From contig JAEUHR010000017.1 of assembly GCA_016794425.1 (NCBI GenBank), positions 32,670-96,669 on the forward strand: a stretch of DNA of 64,000 nucleotides, written 5' to 3'. The translations under genes were made by a program, and so were the position numbers. Source of the stretch: Planctomycetota bacterium. GTDB taxonomy: Bacteria > Planctomycetota > UBA1135 > UBA2386. Every line of letters starts with the position of its first letter. The stretch's first letter is position 1. The notes beneath the pieces are model-generated. The model had not been told where the DNA came from. It was given only the letters and a program-made list of their open reading frames with translations, and made no database searches. Shown piece by piece: positions 26,628 through 35,086 of this stretch.

Positions 26628-28526
26628 ATGAAGACCAACCTCCTGTTGCCGGCCGCCGCCGCGGTGGTGCTGTGCAGTTCCTGCTGGTTCGGCTGCCGTG
26701 CGACGACGACGCCGGCGGCGATCGTCGCCCGAGCGCCCGCTGGCGCCGCCGACCCGTGCGCGCGCGACACCGCGACGCGCGGTGTGGTGCGCGAGTCCGG
26801 TGCCCCGGCCGGCCTTGCGGCGGCACCGGGCACGCGGCTCGGCTTCGACCTCGCGCTCGCGAACTCCGTCGCGATGACGCGCACCGGCGCCGACGGGCCG
26901 CCGCCGACCGCGTCCGGCCTGCAGGTCGCGGCGGCATTGCGCCTCACGGTGCTCGCGCGTCGACCCGACGCGATGCTCGTGCGCTGGCACGGCGAGCACG
27001 CGAACGTGTCGGCGCCGGGTGCCGTCGATCCGGCGGCCGGCGACCGGTTGCGGGAACTGGCGCAGGCGCTCGAGCGCGGCTTCGACGTGCAGCTCGACGC
27101 CGTCGGCGTGCCGCGTGCGATCCGCTGGGACGACGCGGCGTCGCCGCCGGCGCGGTCCTTCGTGCGCGCCCTCGTCGGCGCACTCACCTTCGAGTTCCGC
27201 CCCGAACGCGCATGGTCGACGAGCCTGGTCGACGCCATGGGGGAGCACGGGTTCGCCTACGAGGCGGCCGCCGACGATCAGGGCGTCGCGATCCGGCGCG
27301 AGCGGCAGTTCTTCGTGCCGGCAGCGCCGATCGCGAGCGACGCCGCGCCGCCCGAACTGCACGGCGCGGCGGCGGCACGGTTCGACGGGGCCACCGGCTG
27401 GTGGACGGACATCGCGATCGACGAGTCGATGCGGTGGTCCTGTGCCATGGGCGCCACGTTCGCCGCCACGCTGCGGGGCCACGTCCGGTGCACGGCGGTC
27501 GAACGCGTGGCCGTCGACGACGACGTCGACTGGGAGCGTGGGTTCGTCGCGTTCGCCGAGGCCGGTGCCGGCGTTCCGTCGGCGATCGACCCGATGCGCG
27601 CCGCCTGGGCGCAGCGTCTCGCCGGGCGCGACGAACACGCCCTGCTGCGCGAGCTCGACGGCCTGGGGGTCGGCGGTGAGGAGTCCGCGCGGGCGCGGCT
27701 CGAGCTGATCCAACTGCTGGCGGAACGCCTGCGGCAGGACCCCGGCGTGGCAACCCGGCTGGGGGCGGAAGTGCAGGCGGCGAGACTGTCGGGCCAGGTC
27801 GCCGCCGACGTGCTCGCGGCGCTGGGCATGGCCGGACACGCGGCAGCCCAGCTGGCGCTGGCCGGCGTGTTCGCGAACGGACTGGTCGAGACGGGTCTGC
27901 GGCTGGCCGCGGTCGAAGCGACCGTGGCGCTGGAGCGACCGGAGCCCGGACTCGTCGCGGAGCTGCAGCGATCGTTGTACGGCCAGCCGCTGCGCGGGCT
28001 CGGTGGCAGCGCGATGCTCGCGTTGGGGGCGTTCGCCGGCCGCGGCGTGCCGATCGTCGCCGACCTCCTGGCACTCGAGGCGGTCGCACGGGGCGAAGGC
28101 ATGGAACCCGCGTGGTTCGAGGCGCTCGGCAACAGCGGCGATGCGACGATCCTGCCGCTGGTCCGCCGGCAGCTCGCCGCGACGGATGCCGTGGAGCGCG
28201 CGTGGGGGCTGACGGCCGTGCGCCGCGTGCGCGGCGCCGAGGCGGCAGCCTTGGTGCAGGGGGCGGCGCGCGACGACGCTGCAGTCGAGGTGCGCCGCGC
28301 CGCCGTCGAGGTGGCCGGCGAGTCGCCGGAACCGTGGAGCCTCGAGCTGCTGGCCGAACGCGCGGCCGCGGACGCCGACGCGAGCGTGCGGCGCGCAGCG
28401 TGCGCGGCGCTGTTGCTGCGCGCGCACCGCGATCCGACCGCGCTGGGAGTCCTGCAGCAGCGGGCCGCAGCGGAACCCGATGCGGAGCTGCGCGCCCAGC
28501 TGCGCGCGCAGCTGGCGATGCGCTGA
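26628..28526 (+). CDS. Exported HEAT-repeat protein
   Basis: N-terminal signal MKTNLLLPAAAAVVLCSSC. The C-terminal half has HEAT/PBS-lyase-like helical repeats (AVRRVRGAEAAALVQGAARDDAAVEVRRAAVEVAG..., DADASVRRAACAALLL). The N-terminal half is unassigned. Confidence 0.7.
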   Translation: MKTNLLLPAAAAVVLCSSCWFGCRATTTPAAIVARAPAGAADPCARDTATRGVVRESGAPAGLAAAPGTRLGFDLALANSVAMTRTGADGPPPTASGLQVAAALRLTVLARRPDAMLVRWHGEHANVSAPGAVDPAAGDRLRELAQALERGFDVQLDAVGVPRAIRWDDAASPPARSFVRALVGALTFEFRPERAWSTSLVDAMGEHGFAYEAAADDQGVAIRRERQFFVPAAPIASDAAPPELHGAAAARFDGATGWWTDIAIDESMRWSCAMGATFAATLRGHVRCTAVERVAVDDDVDWERGFVAFAEAGAGVPSAIDPMRAAWAQRLAGRDEHALLRELDGLGVGGEESARARLELIQLLAERLRQDPGVATRLGAEVQAARLSGQVAADVLAALGMAGHAAAQLALAGVFANGLVETGLRLAAVEATVALERPEPGLVAELQRSLYGQPLRGLGGSAMLALGAFAGRGVPIVADLLALEAVARGEGMEPAWFEALGNSGDATILPLVRRQLAATDAVERAWGLTAVRRVRGAEAAALVQGAARDDAAVEVRRAAVEVAGESPEPWSLELLAERAAADADASVRRAACAALLLRAHRDPTALGVLQQRAAAEPDAELRAQLRAQLAMR

Positions 28527-28555
28527 CGAACGGCTCCGTCGCACCGCGCGCCGCG

Positions 28556-30598
28556 TCAGCGCCGCCGCAGCAGATCGTCGAGCGCGCGGTCGAGCAGGCC
28601 CTTGCCGCGCTGCTTCAGTTCCTCCTCGAGCACGCGCTGCAGCACGCCGGTCAGCGCCGGCAGTTCGACCGTCGGCGCGTCGAGCGTGCCGCGCAACAGC
28701 GCCGGCGGCAGCGTGCCGCGCAGCGCCTGCAGCACCTTCTCGCCGTCGCGGTGGCCGCGCAGCAGTTCGGTCAGGTCCAGCTCGTAGTCGAGGCCGCCGT
28801 CGAACCGCACGCTGCCGGCGAGGCCGAGCCGCCGGCCCTTCGCGAGCCACGCCGCGGCGGTCGTGCGCACGGCGCCCTGCGCGAACGCGAACGGCGCCGT
28901 GAAGCCGTCGAGCGCGAACCGACCGTGGTCGCCGAGCGGCGCCGTGCCCTGCGTCAGCGGCCCGAGTGGCGCCAGCAACGGCTGCAGCGCCGCCGCCGGC
29001 GTGACGGCCGCGTCGTGCAGGCCCAGCTCGCCGCTGCCCTGCCACGCGTCGAGCCAGGCGAGCCAGCCCTGGTCGGTTGCGCGCAGCGCCGGGCCGGCGA
29101 GCGTCAGTTCGAGGTCGCAGCGGCCCGTCAGCGTCGCGGCGCCGGCCTCGGCGCCGGCCAGCAGCGGCACCAAGTAGCGCAGCAGTGCTGCCGTGCCGCC
29201 GTGCAGTTGGCCGCCCTGCCAGCGCAGCGAGGCCGCGAGCGGCAGCGTCGCCGGCTGCGTCAGGTCGACCCGCGCCGACAGCGCCAGCGGGCCGTCGTCG
29301 AGCGAAGCACCGGCGATCGACGCCAGCGTGCCGGTGCCGTCGCGCAGCGTCGTGTCGACCACGAACTGCCGGAACGTGAAGCCGCCGAGCGTGAGCCGCG
29401 GCACGTCGAGCCGCAGCGTCGCCGCCAGCGCGCGGGCCCAGCCGGCCGCGTCGGTCGGCAGGCTCGTGGTCGCCAGCCGGAGTTCGCCGCCGAGCCGCGC
29501 GCCGGTGCCGCGCAGCCATGCGGGCAGCGGCCCGCCCTCGGTCGCCAGCGCCGCGATGTCGAGTTCGCAGGTGGCGGCCAGCGTGCCCGTGGGTGCGGCG
29601 GCCGGCGGCGGCGCGCCGCGCAGCCGGAACCAGCCGAGGTCGAGCGCGAAGCGGCTGGCGTCGATCGGCGTACCGGGCGCGAACGTGAGGTCGGGCGTCA
29701 GCGTCCACCGTTCGCCGCCGAGCCGGGCGCCGCGCAGCAGCGGGCCGCCGAGCCGCGGCGCCACGACCGCGAGCGAGCCGCGCAGTTCGACGCGGCCGTC
29801 GGCGTGCAGGTCGGCGGTCACGGCGCCCTCGGCGCGGCCGTCCAGCGTCGTCACGGCGCCCGGCAGCGCCGCGTCGAGCAGCGGCGCCCAAGCCGCGAGC
29901 GTGAGGCCCGCGGTGGTCAGTTCGGCGTGGCTGCCGCCGTGGTCGCCGTGCACCAGCGCCAGCGACGTGCGGCCGCCGGCGATCGTGGCCGCGGCGGTCA
30001 CGTTCGTGCTGGTGGCGCCGCGCGCGCGGGTGGCCGTGGCGCGCACGTCGGTCGCGGTCTCGAGCAGGCGGCCGTCGCGGCGCAGCTCGATGCGGCCGTC
30101 GGTCAACGCGAAGTCGAACGGCAGCGCGGTCGCCGGTGCGGTCGGTGGGCCGCCGCTGCCCGGCGGCGCCGCGGCACCGCGTCGGCCGAGCTGCTGCACG
30201 TTCGTCGTGCCGTCGGCGGCCTGTTCGACGCCGACGACGAGGCCGTCGACGCGGACCGTCGCTGCCAGCGTCAGGCCGGGGCCGGTGTCGACCGTCGCGT
30301 GCCGGATGCGCAGGCACGGTCGGTCGGCGGTGAAGCCCGCCGGGTTCGCGACCTCGACGCCGGTGGCCGTGATGCCGTGCCGCCACGACCAGGCCAGCGC
30401 CTCGATCCGGCACCGCGCACCGAGCTGCGCCGTCGCCCGCCCGGCCAACCAGTCGCGCACCGGGCCGAGCGCGATCGAGTACGGCAGCGCCAGCACGGCC
30501 AGCAGGCAGCCGACGCCCGCGAACGCGAGCCGACGGCGCCAGCGGCGGCGGCGCGGCGGGGCGGTCGGTGGGGCAGCGTCCGGCATCGCCGGGATCAT
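28556..30598 (-). CDS. AsmA-like (AsmA/DUF748-type) envelope protein
   Basis: C-terminal 680 aa of track ORF 28556..32017, starting at ATG 30598. It has an N-terminal Arg-rich segment plus TM anchor (RRRWRRRLAFAGVGCLLAVLALPYSI). A long Ala/Gly/Thr/Leu-rich beta-type region follows, with the pattern FDFALTDGRIELRRDG, and a C-terminal AsmA-like tail (GSVRFDGGLDYELDL). The family call is by pattern, not by search. Confidence 0.6.
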   Translation of the reverse strand: MIPAMPDAAPPTAPPRRRRWRRRLAFAGVGCLLAVLALPYSIALGPVRDWLAGRATAQLGARCRIEALAWSWRHGITATGVEVANPAGFTADRPCLRIRHATVDTGPGLTLAATVRVDGLVVGVEQAADGTTNVQQLGRRGAAAPPGSGGPPTAPATALPFDFALTDGRIELRRDGRLLETATDVRATATRARGATSTNVTAAATIAGGRTSLALVHGDHGGSHAELTTAGLTLAAWAPLLDAALPGAVTTLDGRAEGAVTADLHADGRVELRGSLAVVAPRLGGPLLRGARLGGERWTLTPDLTFAPGTPIDASRFALDLGWFRLRGAPPPAAAPTGTLAATCELDIAALATEGGPLPAWLRGTGARLGGELRLATTSLPTDAAGWARALAATLRLDVPRLTLGGFTFRQFVVDTTLRDGTGTLASIAGASLDDGPLALSARVDLTQPATLPLAASLRWQGGQLHGGTAALLRYLVPLLAGAEAGAATLTGRCDLELTLAGPALRATDQGWLAWLDAWQGSGELGLHDAAVTPAAALQPLLAPLGPLTQGTAPLGDHGRFALDGFTAPFAFAQGAVRTTAAAWLAKGRRLGLAGSVRFDGGLDYELDLTELLRGHRDGEKVLQALRGTLPPALLRGTLDAPTVELPALTGVLQRVLEEELKQRGKGLLDRALDDLLRRR

Positions 30599-30655
30599 GC
30601 CGGGCCGGCGCCGGTGGTGCGATGCACGGCCGGTTTGCCGTAGCATGCGCGGCCG

Positions 30656-32701
30656 ATGGTCGCGTTCCGCTGCGTCGTGCTGCTGTCGCTGCTGTGCGCC
30701 GTGCTCGGCTGCCAGGCCGACGCGCCGTCGCCGGCGGCCCGCGCGCTGCCGCCGGTCGAGGGCGGGCGTGGGCTCGCGCTGCTGGTCGGCATCGACCACT
30801 ACCAGCAGCCGTTGGTGGGCACGGTGCCGACGCTGGTCGGCGCGGTGCACGACACCGAACGCGTGCGCACGCTGCTGCGCGAACGCTTCGGCTTCCGCGA
30901 CGCGGACGTGCGCGTGCTGACCGACGCCGCGGCGACGCACGAGGCGATCGTGCGCGCGTTCGACGAGCACCTGCTGCGGCAGGCGCGGCCCGGCGACCGC
31001 GTCGTGTTCTGGTTCAGCGGCCACGGCTCGCACACGTTCGACGCGTCCGGTCTCGAGTCCGCCAAGGCCGACGCGTCGGGCGGCACGGCGGCCGACAACA
31101 CGCTGGTCACGCACGACAGCCGCGCACGGGACCTCGACGGCGCCTACGACCTCGTCGACGACGAACTGCACGCGCTGCTGACCGCGCTGGCGCGGCGCAC
31201 CGACGACGTGCTGGTCGTCACCGACTGCTGCCACGCCGCCGGCGCCGTGCGCGGCGGTGACGCCGCGGCGCCGGGCGTGCGCCGCGTGACCGGTGGCTCG
31301 GTGCCGTTCGCGCGCGAACGGCTGGCGCCGTTCTGGCCGGCCGACGTGCCGTGGAGCGACGACGACGCGGCCACGCTGGCGCTGCCGACCCTGGTGCACG
31401 TGGCGGCCTGCGCCGAGCACCAGGAGGCCGGCGAACTGCGCGTCGCCGGTCGCGTGCACGGCACGCTGACGTGGTTCCTGTGCGAGGCGCTCGAGCGCGC
31501 CGAACCGGGTGCGACGTGGGGCAGCCTGATCGAAGTCGTGCGCGCGCGCGTCGCCGGCTGCGGCACGCGGCCCGACCAGACCGTCGTCGGCATCGGCGCG
31601 CTCGACCGACCGGTGTTCGGCGGCCGCGCGTCGCCGCCGCTGCCCGGTCACCGCGCCGACTACGACGCGGCGCGCCGCAGGCTGTGCATCGCCGCCGGCC
31701 GCGTGCACGGCATCGCCGACGGCGCCGAGTTCGACCTCGTGGCGCTCGACGGCACGCCGGTCGGTACCGCGACGGCGACCGCCGTGGCGGCCGTCGACTG
31801 CACCGCGGTCTGGCGCGAGCGGCGCGGCGAACTCGCCGCCGGCACCGCGCTGCGCGCGCTGCCGCGCGCCGGCGCGCTGCGCCTGCCGGCGTTGCGCGTG
31901 GCGCTGCCGGCCGACGCACCGCCCGATCTGCTGCGCGACTTCGCGTTCGCGACCGCGGTCGGCGCGGCCGCCGCCGACTACCGCGTCGCGGCCAGTCCGC
32001 GCGGCGTCGCGCTGCACGATCCGACCGGGCGACCGGTGCGGCCATGGCCGGGCGAACCGGCCGCGCAGCGCGACGCGCTGTTCCGCGAGTACACGTTCCG
32101 CGGCCTCTGGGAAGCGGTCGCGCAGCCGGCGACGTGGCCGCTCGCGCTCGACGTGCTGGCCGCCGATGCGCCGACGCGCGAACTCGGCGCCGCGCGCGGC
32201 CTGCCGTTGGCCGCGGTCGAGCCGGTCGCCGGCACGCGCGGCGTCGCGCGCATCGCCGCGGTGCCGATGTCCCGCACCGACGGTGGCAGCCTGCTGACGC
32301 TGCGCGCCACCAACCTGTCACCGTTCGACCTGCGCATCGTCGTGCTGTCGGTCGCCGAGAACCGCGAAGTCAACGTCGTGTGGCCGCCCGGCGGCGCGAC
32401 CGACCGTGTGCTGCGCGCCGGTGCCGCAGCGGCGTTCCCGGTGCTGGTCGGTCCGGCGACCGACTGGAGCGAGCCGCGGCCGATGGTGGATCGCTACGTC
32501 GCGTTCGGCACCGTCGAGCCGCTGGACCTCGCGTCGTTCACGTCGGCCGCGCCGGCCTGGTCGGCGGTGCGCGGCGGGGCGCCGCCGCTGCCGTCCTGCC
32601 TGCGGCGGCTGCTCGGCGCGAGCCCGATGCGCGGCGGCGTCGAGGCCGACGAATACGCGTTCGGCACCTGCGATCTGCAACTGGTGCCGTCGGGGCGTTG
32701 A
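30656..32701 (+). CDS. Caspase-family (peptidase C14, orthocaspase-like) lipoprotein with large uncharacterised C-terminal region
   Basis: Lipobox LLCAVLGC. p20-like domain GLALLVGIDHY...THEAIVRAFDEHL...DRVVFWFSGHGSH (catalytic His) and DDVLVVTDCCHAAG (catalytic Cys). About 450 further residues have no recognisable motif. Confidence 0.8.
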   Translation: MVAFRCVVLLSLLCAVLGCQADAPSPAARALPPVEGGRGLALLVGIDHYQQPLVGTVPTLVGAVHDTERVRTLLRERFGFRDADVRVLTDAAATHEAIVRAFDEHLLRQARPGDRVVFWFSGHGSHTFDASGLESAKADASGGTAADNTLVTHDSRARDLDGAYDLVDDELHALLTALARRTDDVLVVTDCCHAAGAVRGGDAAAPGVRRVTGGSVPFARERLAPFWPADVPWSDDDAATLALPTLVHVAACAEHQEAGELRVAGRVHGTLTWFLCEALERAEPGATWGSLIEVVRARVAGCGTRPDQTVVGIGALDRPVFGGRASPPLPGHRADYDAARRRLCIAAGRVHGIADGAEFDLVALDGTPVGTATATAVAAVDCTAVWRERRGELAAGTALRALPRAGALRLPALRVALPADAPPDLLRDFAFATAVGAAAADYRVAASPRGVALHDPTGRPVRPWPGEPAAQRDALFREYTFRGLWEAVAQPATWPLALDVLAADAPTRELGAARGLPLAAVEPVAGTRGVARIAAVPMSRTDGGSLLTLRATNLSPFDLRIVVLSVAENREVNVVWPPGGATDRVLRAGAAAAFPVLVGPATDWSEPRPMVDRYVAFGTVEPLDLASFTSAAPAWSAVRGGAPPLPSCLRRLLGASPMRGGVEADEYAFGTCDLQLVPSGR

Positions 32702-32735
32702 CGCGCTCCGCCCGGCGCGGTGACATCGGCACGCC

Positions 32736-33152
32736 ATGCCGTTCCGTCGCCTCGTTGCGTTGTGCCTGTTCGCGCTGACGTACGCCTGCGCCGCCGGGCC
32801 GAACCCGGACGACCTGGAGGGCGGCGGGCGCGGCGGCGCGGGCGTGGTGCTGCGCCGCGGCGCCGTCACCTACGTCGGCAACGCGGGCTTCTGTTCGCGG
32901 CCGGCGACGATCGACCTCGGGGTCGTCGAAGCGGCGACGCCCGAGTGGCGCGAGTTGCGGCGCGAGGGCGTCACCGAGGGCTCGGCGCGCCACGCGCTGC
33001 TGAAGGCGCGCATGCACGACCGCATCGTCGCCGCGAGCCGCAAGGTCGCGCTCGCCACCGGCAACGACCTCGTCGTGCGCAGCGGCGACGTGCAGGACGC
33101 GCGCAGCCTCGTGGTCGAGGACCTGACCAGGCGCGTGTCAGCCGAGCTGTAG
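32736..33152 (+). CDS. Small lipoprotein, unknown function
   Basis: MPFRRLVALCLFALTYAC is a signal peptide with lipobox Cys. The gene lies 34 nt after the caspase-like gene, and its 3' end overlaps the convergent hydrolase gene by 15 nt. Confidence 0.6.
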   Translation: MPFRRLVALCLFALTYACAAGPNPDDLEGGGRGGAGVVLRRGAVTYVGNAGFCSRPATIDLGVVEAATPEWRELRREGVTEGSARHALLKARMHDRIVAASRKVALATGNDLVVRSGDVQDARSLVVEDLTRRVSAEL

Positions 33153-33863
33153 CCGCGCGAGCCACGGCACCACCGCGTCGACCAGCTCGGGCACGCGCCC
33201 GGTGAAGCGGTGGTCGGCGCCGGTCAGCACGCGCAGTTCGGCGCGGCCGGCGGCCGCGGCGACGACCGCCTCGCTGTCGCGCAGCGGCACCAGTTCGTCG
33301 CGGTCGCCGTGCACACACAGCCACGGCACGCGGCAGCGTCGCGCGGCCGGCAGCGTGTCGCCGAGCGCGTGCGCACCGGCCAGGAACGCCGACGACAGCA
33401 CGCAGCCCGGCCGACCGAGCATCGGCTCGCGGTCGGGCTCGAGGCCCGCGAAGTGGCGGTCGCAGAACGCGCGCACGAACGTCATGCCGGCCAGCGACAC
33501 CAGCGCCGCGATGCGCGCGTCGGCCGCGGCGCGTTGCACGGCGACCGCGGCGCCCATGCTGTGGCCGACCAGCGCGACCGGACGTTCGCCGAGCGCGTCG
33601 AGCACACTGCCGAGGTCGTCGACTTCCTTGTCGATCGTCGCCGTGGCGAAGGCGCCCTCGCTGCGGCCGTTGCCGGCGAACGAGAAGCGCAGCGACGCCA
33701 GCCCCGCGGCGGCCAGCGCGTCGCACAGCGCGACCAGGTACGGCCGGTCGTGCTGCGACGTGACGCCGTGCAGCACGACGGCGACCGCGCGCGAGCCCGG
33801 GCGGCCGGGCGTGAACACGTGGTCGAGCCGTTCGCCGTGGCGGTTGTGCAGCGCGGCGATCAC
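33138..33863 (-). CDS. Alpha/beta hydrolase
   Basis: C-terminal 241 aa of track ORF 33138..35249. The GTG start at 33863 overlaps the upstream stop (GTGA). Motifs: VVLHGVTS (oxyanion region), nucleophile elbow GHSMGA, later HGDRDELVP and ADHRF (Asp/His of the triad). Confidence 0.8.
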   Translation of the reverse strand: MIAALHNRHGERLDHVFTPGRPGSRAVAVVLHGVTSQHDRPYLVALCDALAAAGLASLRFSFAGNGRSEGAFATATIDKEVDDLGSVLDALGERPVALVGHSMGAAVAVQRAAADARIAALVSLAGMTFVRAFCDRHFAGLEPDREPMLGRPGCVLSSAFLAGAHALGDTLPAARRCRVPWLCVHGDRDELVPLRDSEAVVAAAAGRAELRVLTGADHRFTGRVPELVDAVVPWLARLQLG

Positions 33864-35086
33864 CGCCGCGCCTCGACCAGCTGCAGCAGCCGGTCGACGC
33901 ACTCGTGCACGAACGCGGGGTCCTCGGCGTGCACGTGGCGCTCGACGACCGTGATCGACTGCGGCACGGCGGCCTTCAGTTCGGCGAAGAACGCGGCGTC
34001 GCCGTCGGGGTCGCGCAGCGGCCCGCCGGGCATCGCGTAGCGGCCGGTGCCGTCGGTCGGCAGCATCAGCACGGCGTTGCCGCGCGTGGGCTGCAGCCGG
34101 CGGCCGATCTCGCGCGCGACCTGCACCAGCTCGGCGCGCGAGAGCCGCGGCGCCAGCACGACCGGGCTGTGGAACACGTGGCGATGGTCGCGCCAGCGCT
34201 CGGGCACGGTGTTCGGCGGCACCAGCACGCCGACGTGCTCGGCGCCGCCGGGCACCAGCACCTGCGGCACGCCGAGCTGGCCGGCGACGGTCAGCCGTTC
34301 GGCGCCGCCGGCGCGCAGGCCGCCGAACAGCTCGTCGGTGACTTCGCCCATCGCGTAGTCGAACACCGCGCCGAGGATGCCCTGGCGCAGCATCTGTTCC
34401 ATCGCGCGGCCGCCGCTGCCGACCGCGTGGAACACCAGCACCTCGTAGCCGCGCTCGGCGAAGCGCTGCAGTGCGACCTGCGCGCCCTGCGTCAGCACGC
34501 CGAGGTTCGACATGCCGATCAGCGGCTTCTGGCCGCGCGGCGTCGAGATCGGCACGTCGACCTGCGCCATGCCGTGCGCGGCGCCGGCGGCGTTGGCCAG
34601 CAGGCGGCGCGTGAACACGTTGACGCCGAGCAGATCGGCGACCGAGAACATCATCGTGACGTCCTTGACGTCGACGTAGGCCGACACGTCGCCGGACGCG
34701 ACCGTCGACACCATGACCTTCGGGAACCCGTACGGCAGCGTGCGCAGCACCTGCGAGCACAGCGCGGTGCCCTGCAGGCCGCCGAGGCCGATCGCCGCGT
34801 GCAGGCCGCCGCGCGCCAGCCGTTCGCCGAGCAGCCGCGCAGCGCCCGCGGCCATCAGCGGCGTCGCGGTTTCGCGCGTGCCCCCGGCCCGCACGCGCGC
34901 CAGGTCGCTGCCGGCGGCCGCGGCGACCTGTTCGCGCGTCACGTCGGCGCGGCAGGCCGGCGTGCCGAGCACGCCGACGTCGACGACCAGCGCGTCGCTG
35001 CCGAGCCGCTGCAGCTGCTCGCGCAGGAACTGCGCCTCGTGGCCCTTGGTGTCCAGCGTGGCGAGCACGGCGACGGTCGTGGTCAT
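33860..35086 (-). CDS. UPF0261 family protein (Tm-1 N-terminal-like nucleotide-binding domain)
   Basis: Start at ATG 35086 (MTTTVAVLATLDTKGHEAQFLREQL), which overlaps the upstream stop (ATGA). Conserved stretches are GLGGLQGTALCSQVLRTLPYGFPKVMVST and DYAMGEVTDELFGG. The family call is by pattern recognition. Confidence 0.75.
   Translation of the reverse strand: MTTTVAVLATLDTKGHEAQFLREQLQRLGSDALVVDVGVLGTPACRADVTREQVAAAAGSDLARVRAGGTRETATPLMAAGAARLLGERLARGGLHAAIGLGGLQGTALCSQVLRTLPYGFPKVMVSTVASGDVSAYVDVKDVTMMFSVADLLGVNVFTRRLLANAAGAAHGMAQVDVPISTPRGQKPLIGMSNLGVLTQGAQVALQRFAERGYEVLVFHAVGSGGRAMEQMLRQGILGAVFDYAMGEVTDELFGGLRAGGAERLTVAGQLGVPQVLVPGGAEHVGVLVPPNTVPERWRDHRHVFHSPVVLAPRLSRAELVQVAREIGRRLQPTRGNAVLMLPTDGTGRYAMPGGPLRDPDGDAAFFAELKAAVPQSITVVERHVHAEDPAFVHECVDRLLQLVEARR

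Noticed and set aside
26610-30643. ORFs 26610..30413 (minus, 1267 aa) and 28112..30643 (plus, 843 aa)
   Set aside because: They are antisense or out of frame to the HEAT-repeat and AsmA-like genes, with low-complexity Arg/Ala/Gly composition.
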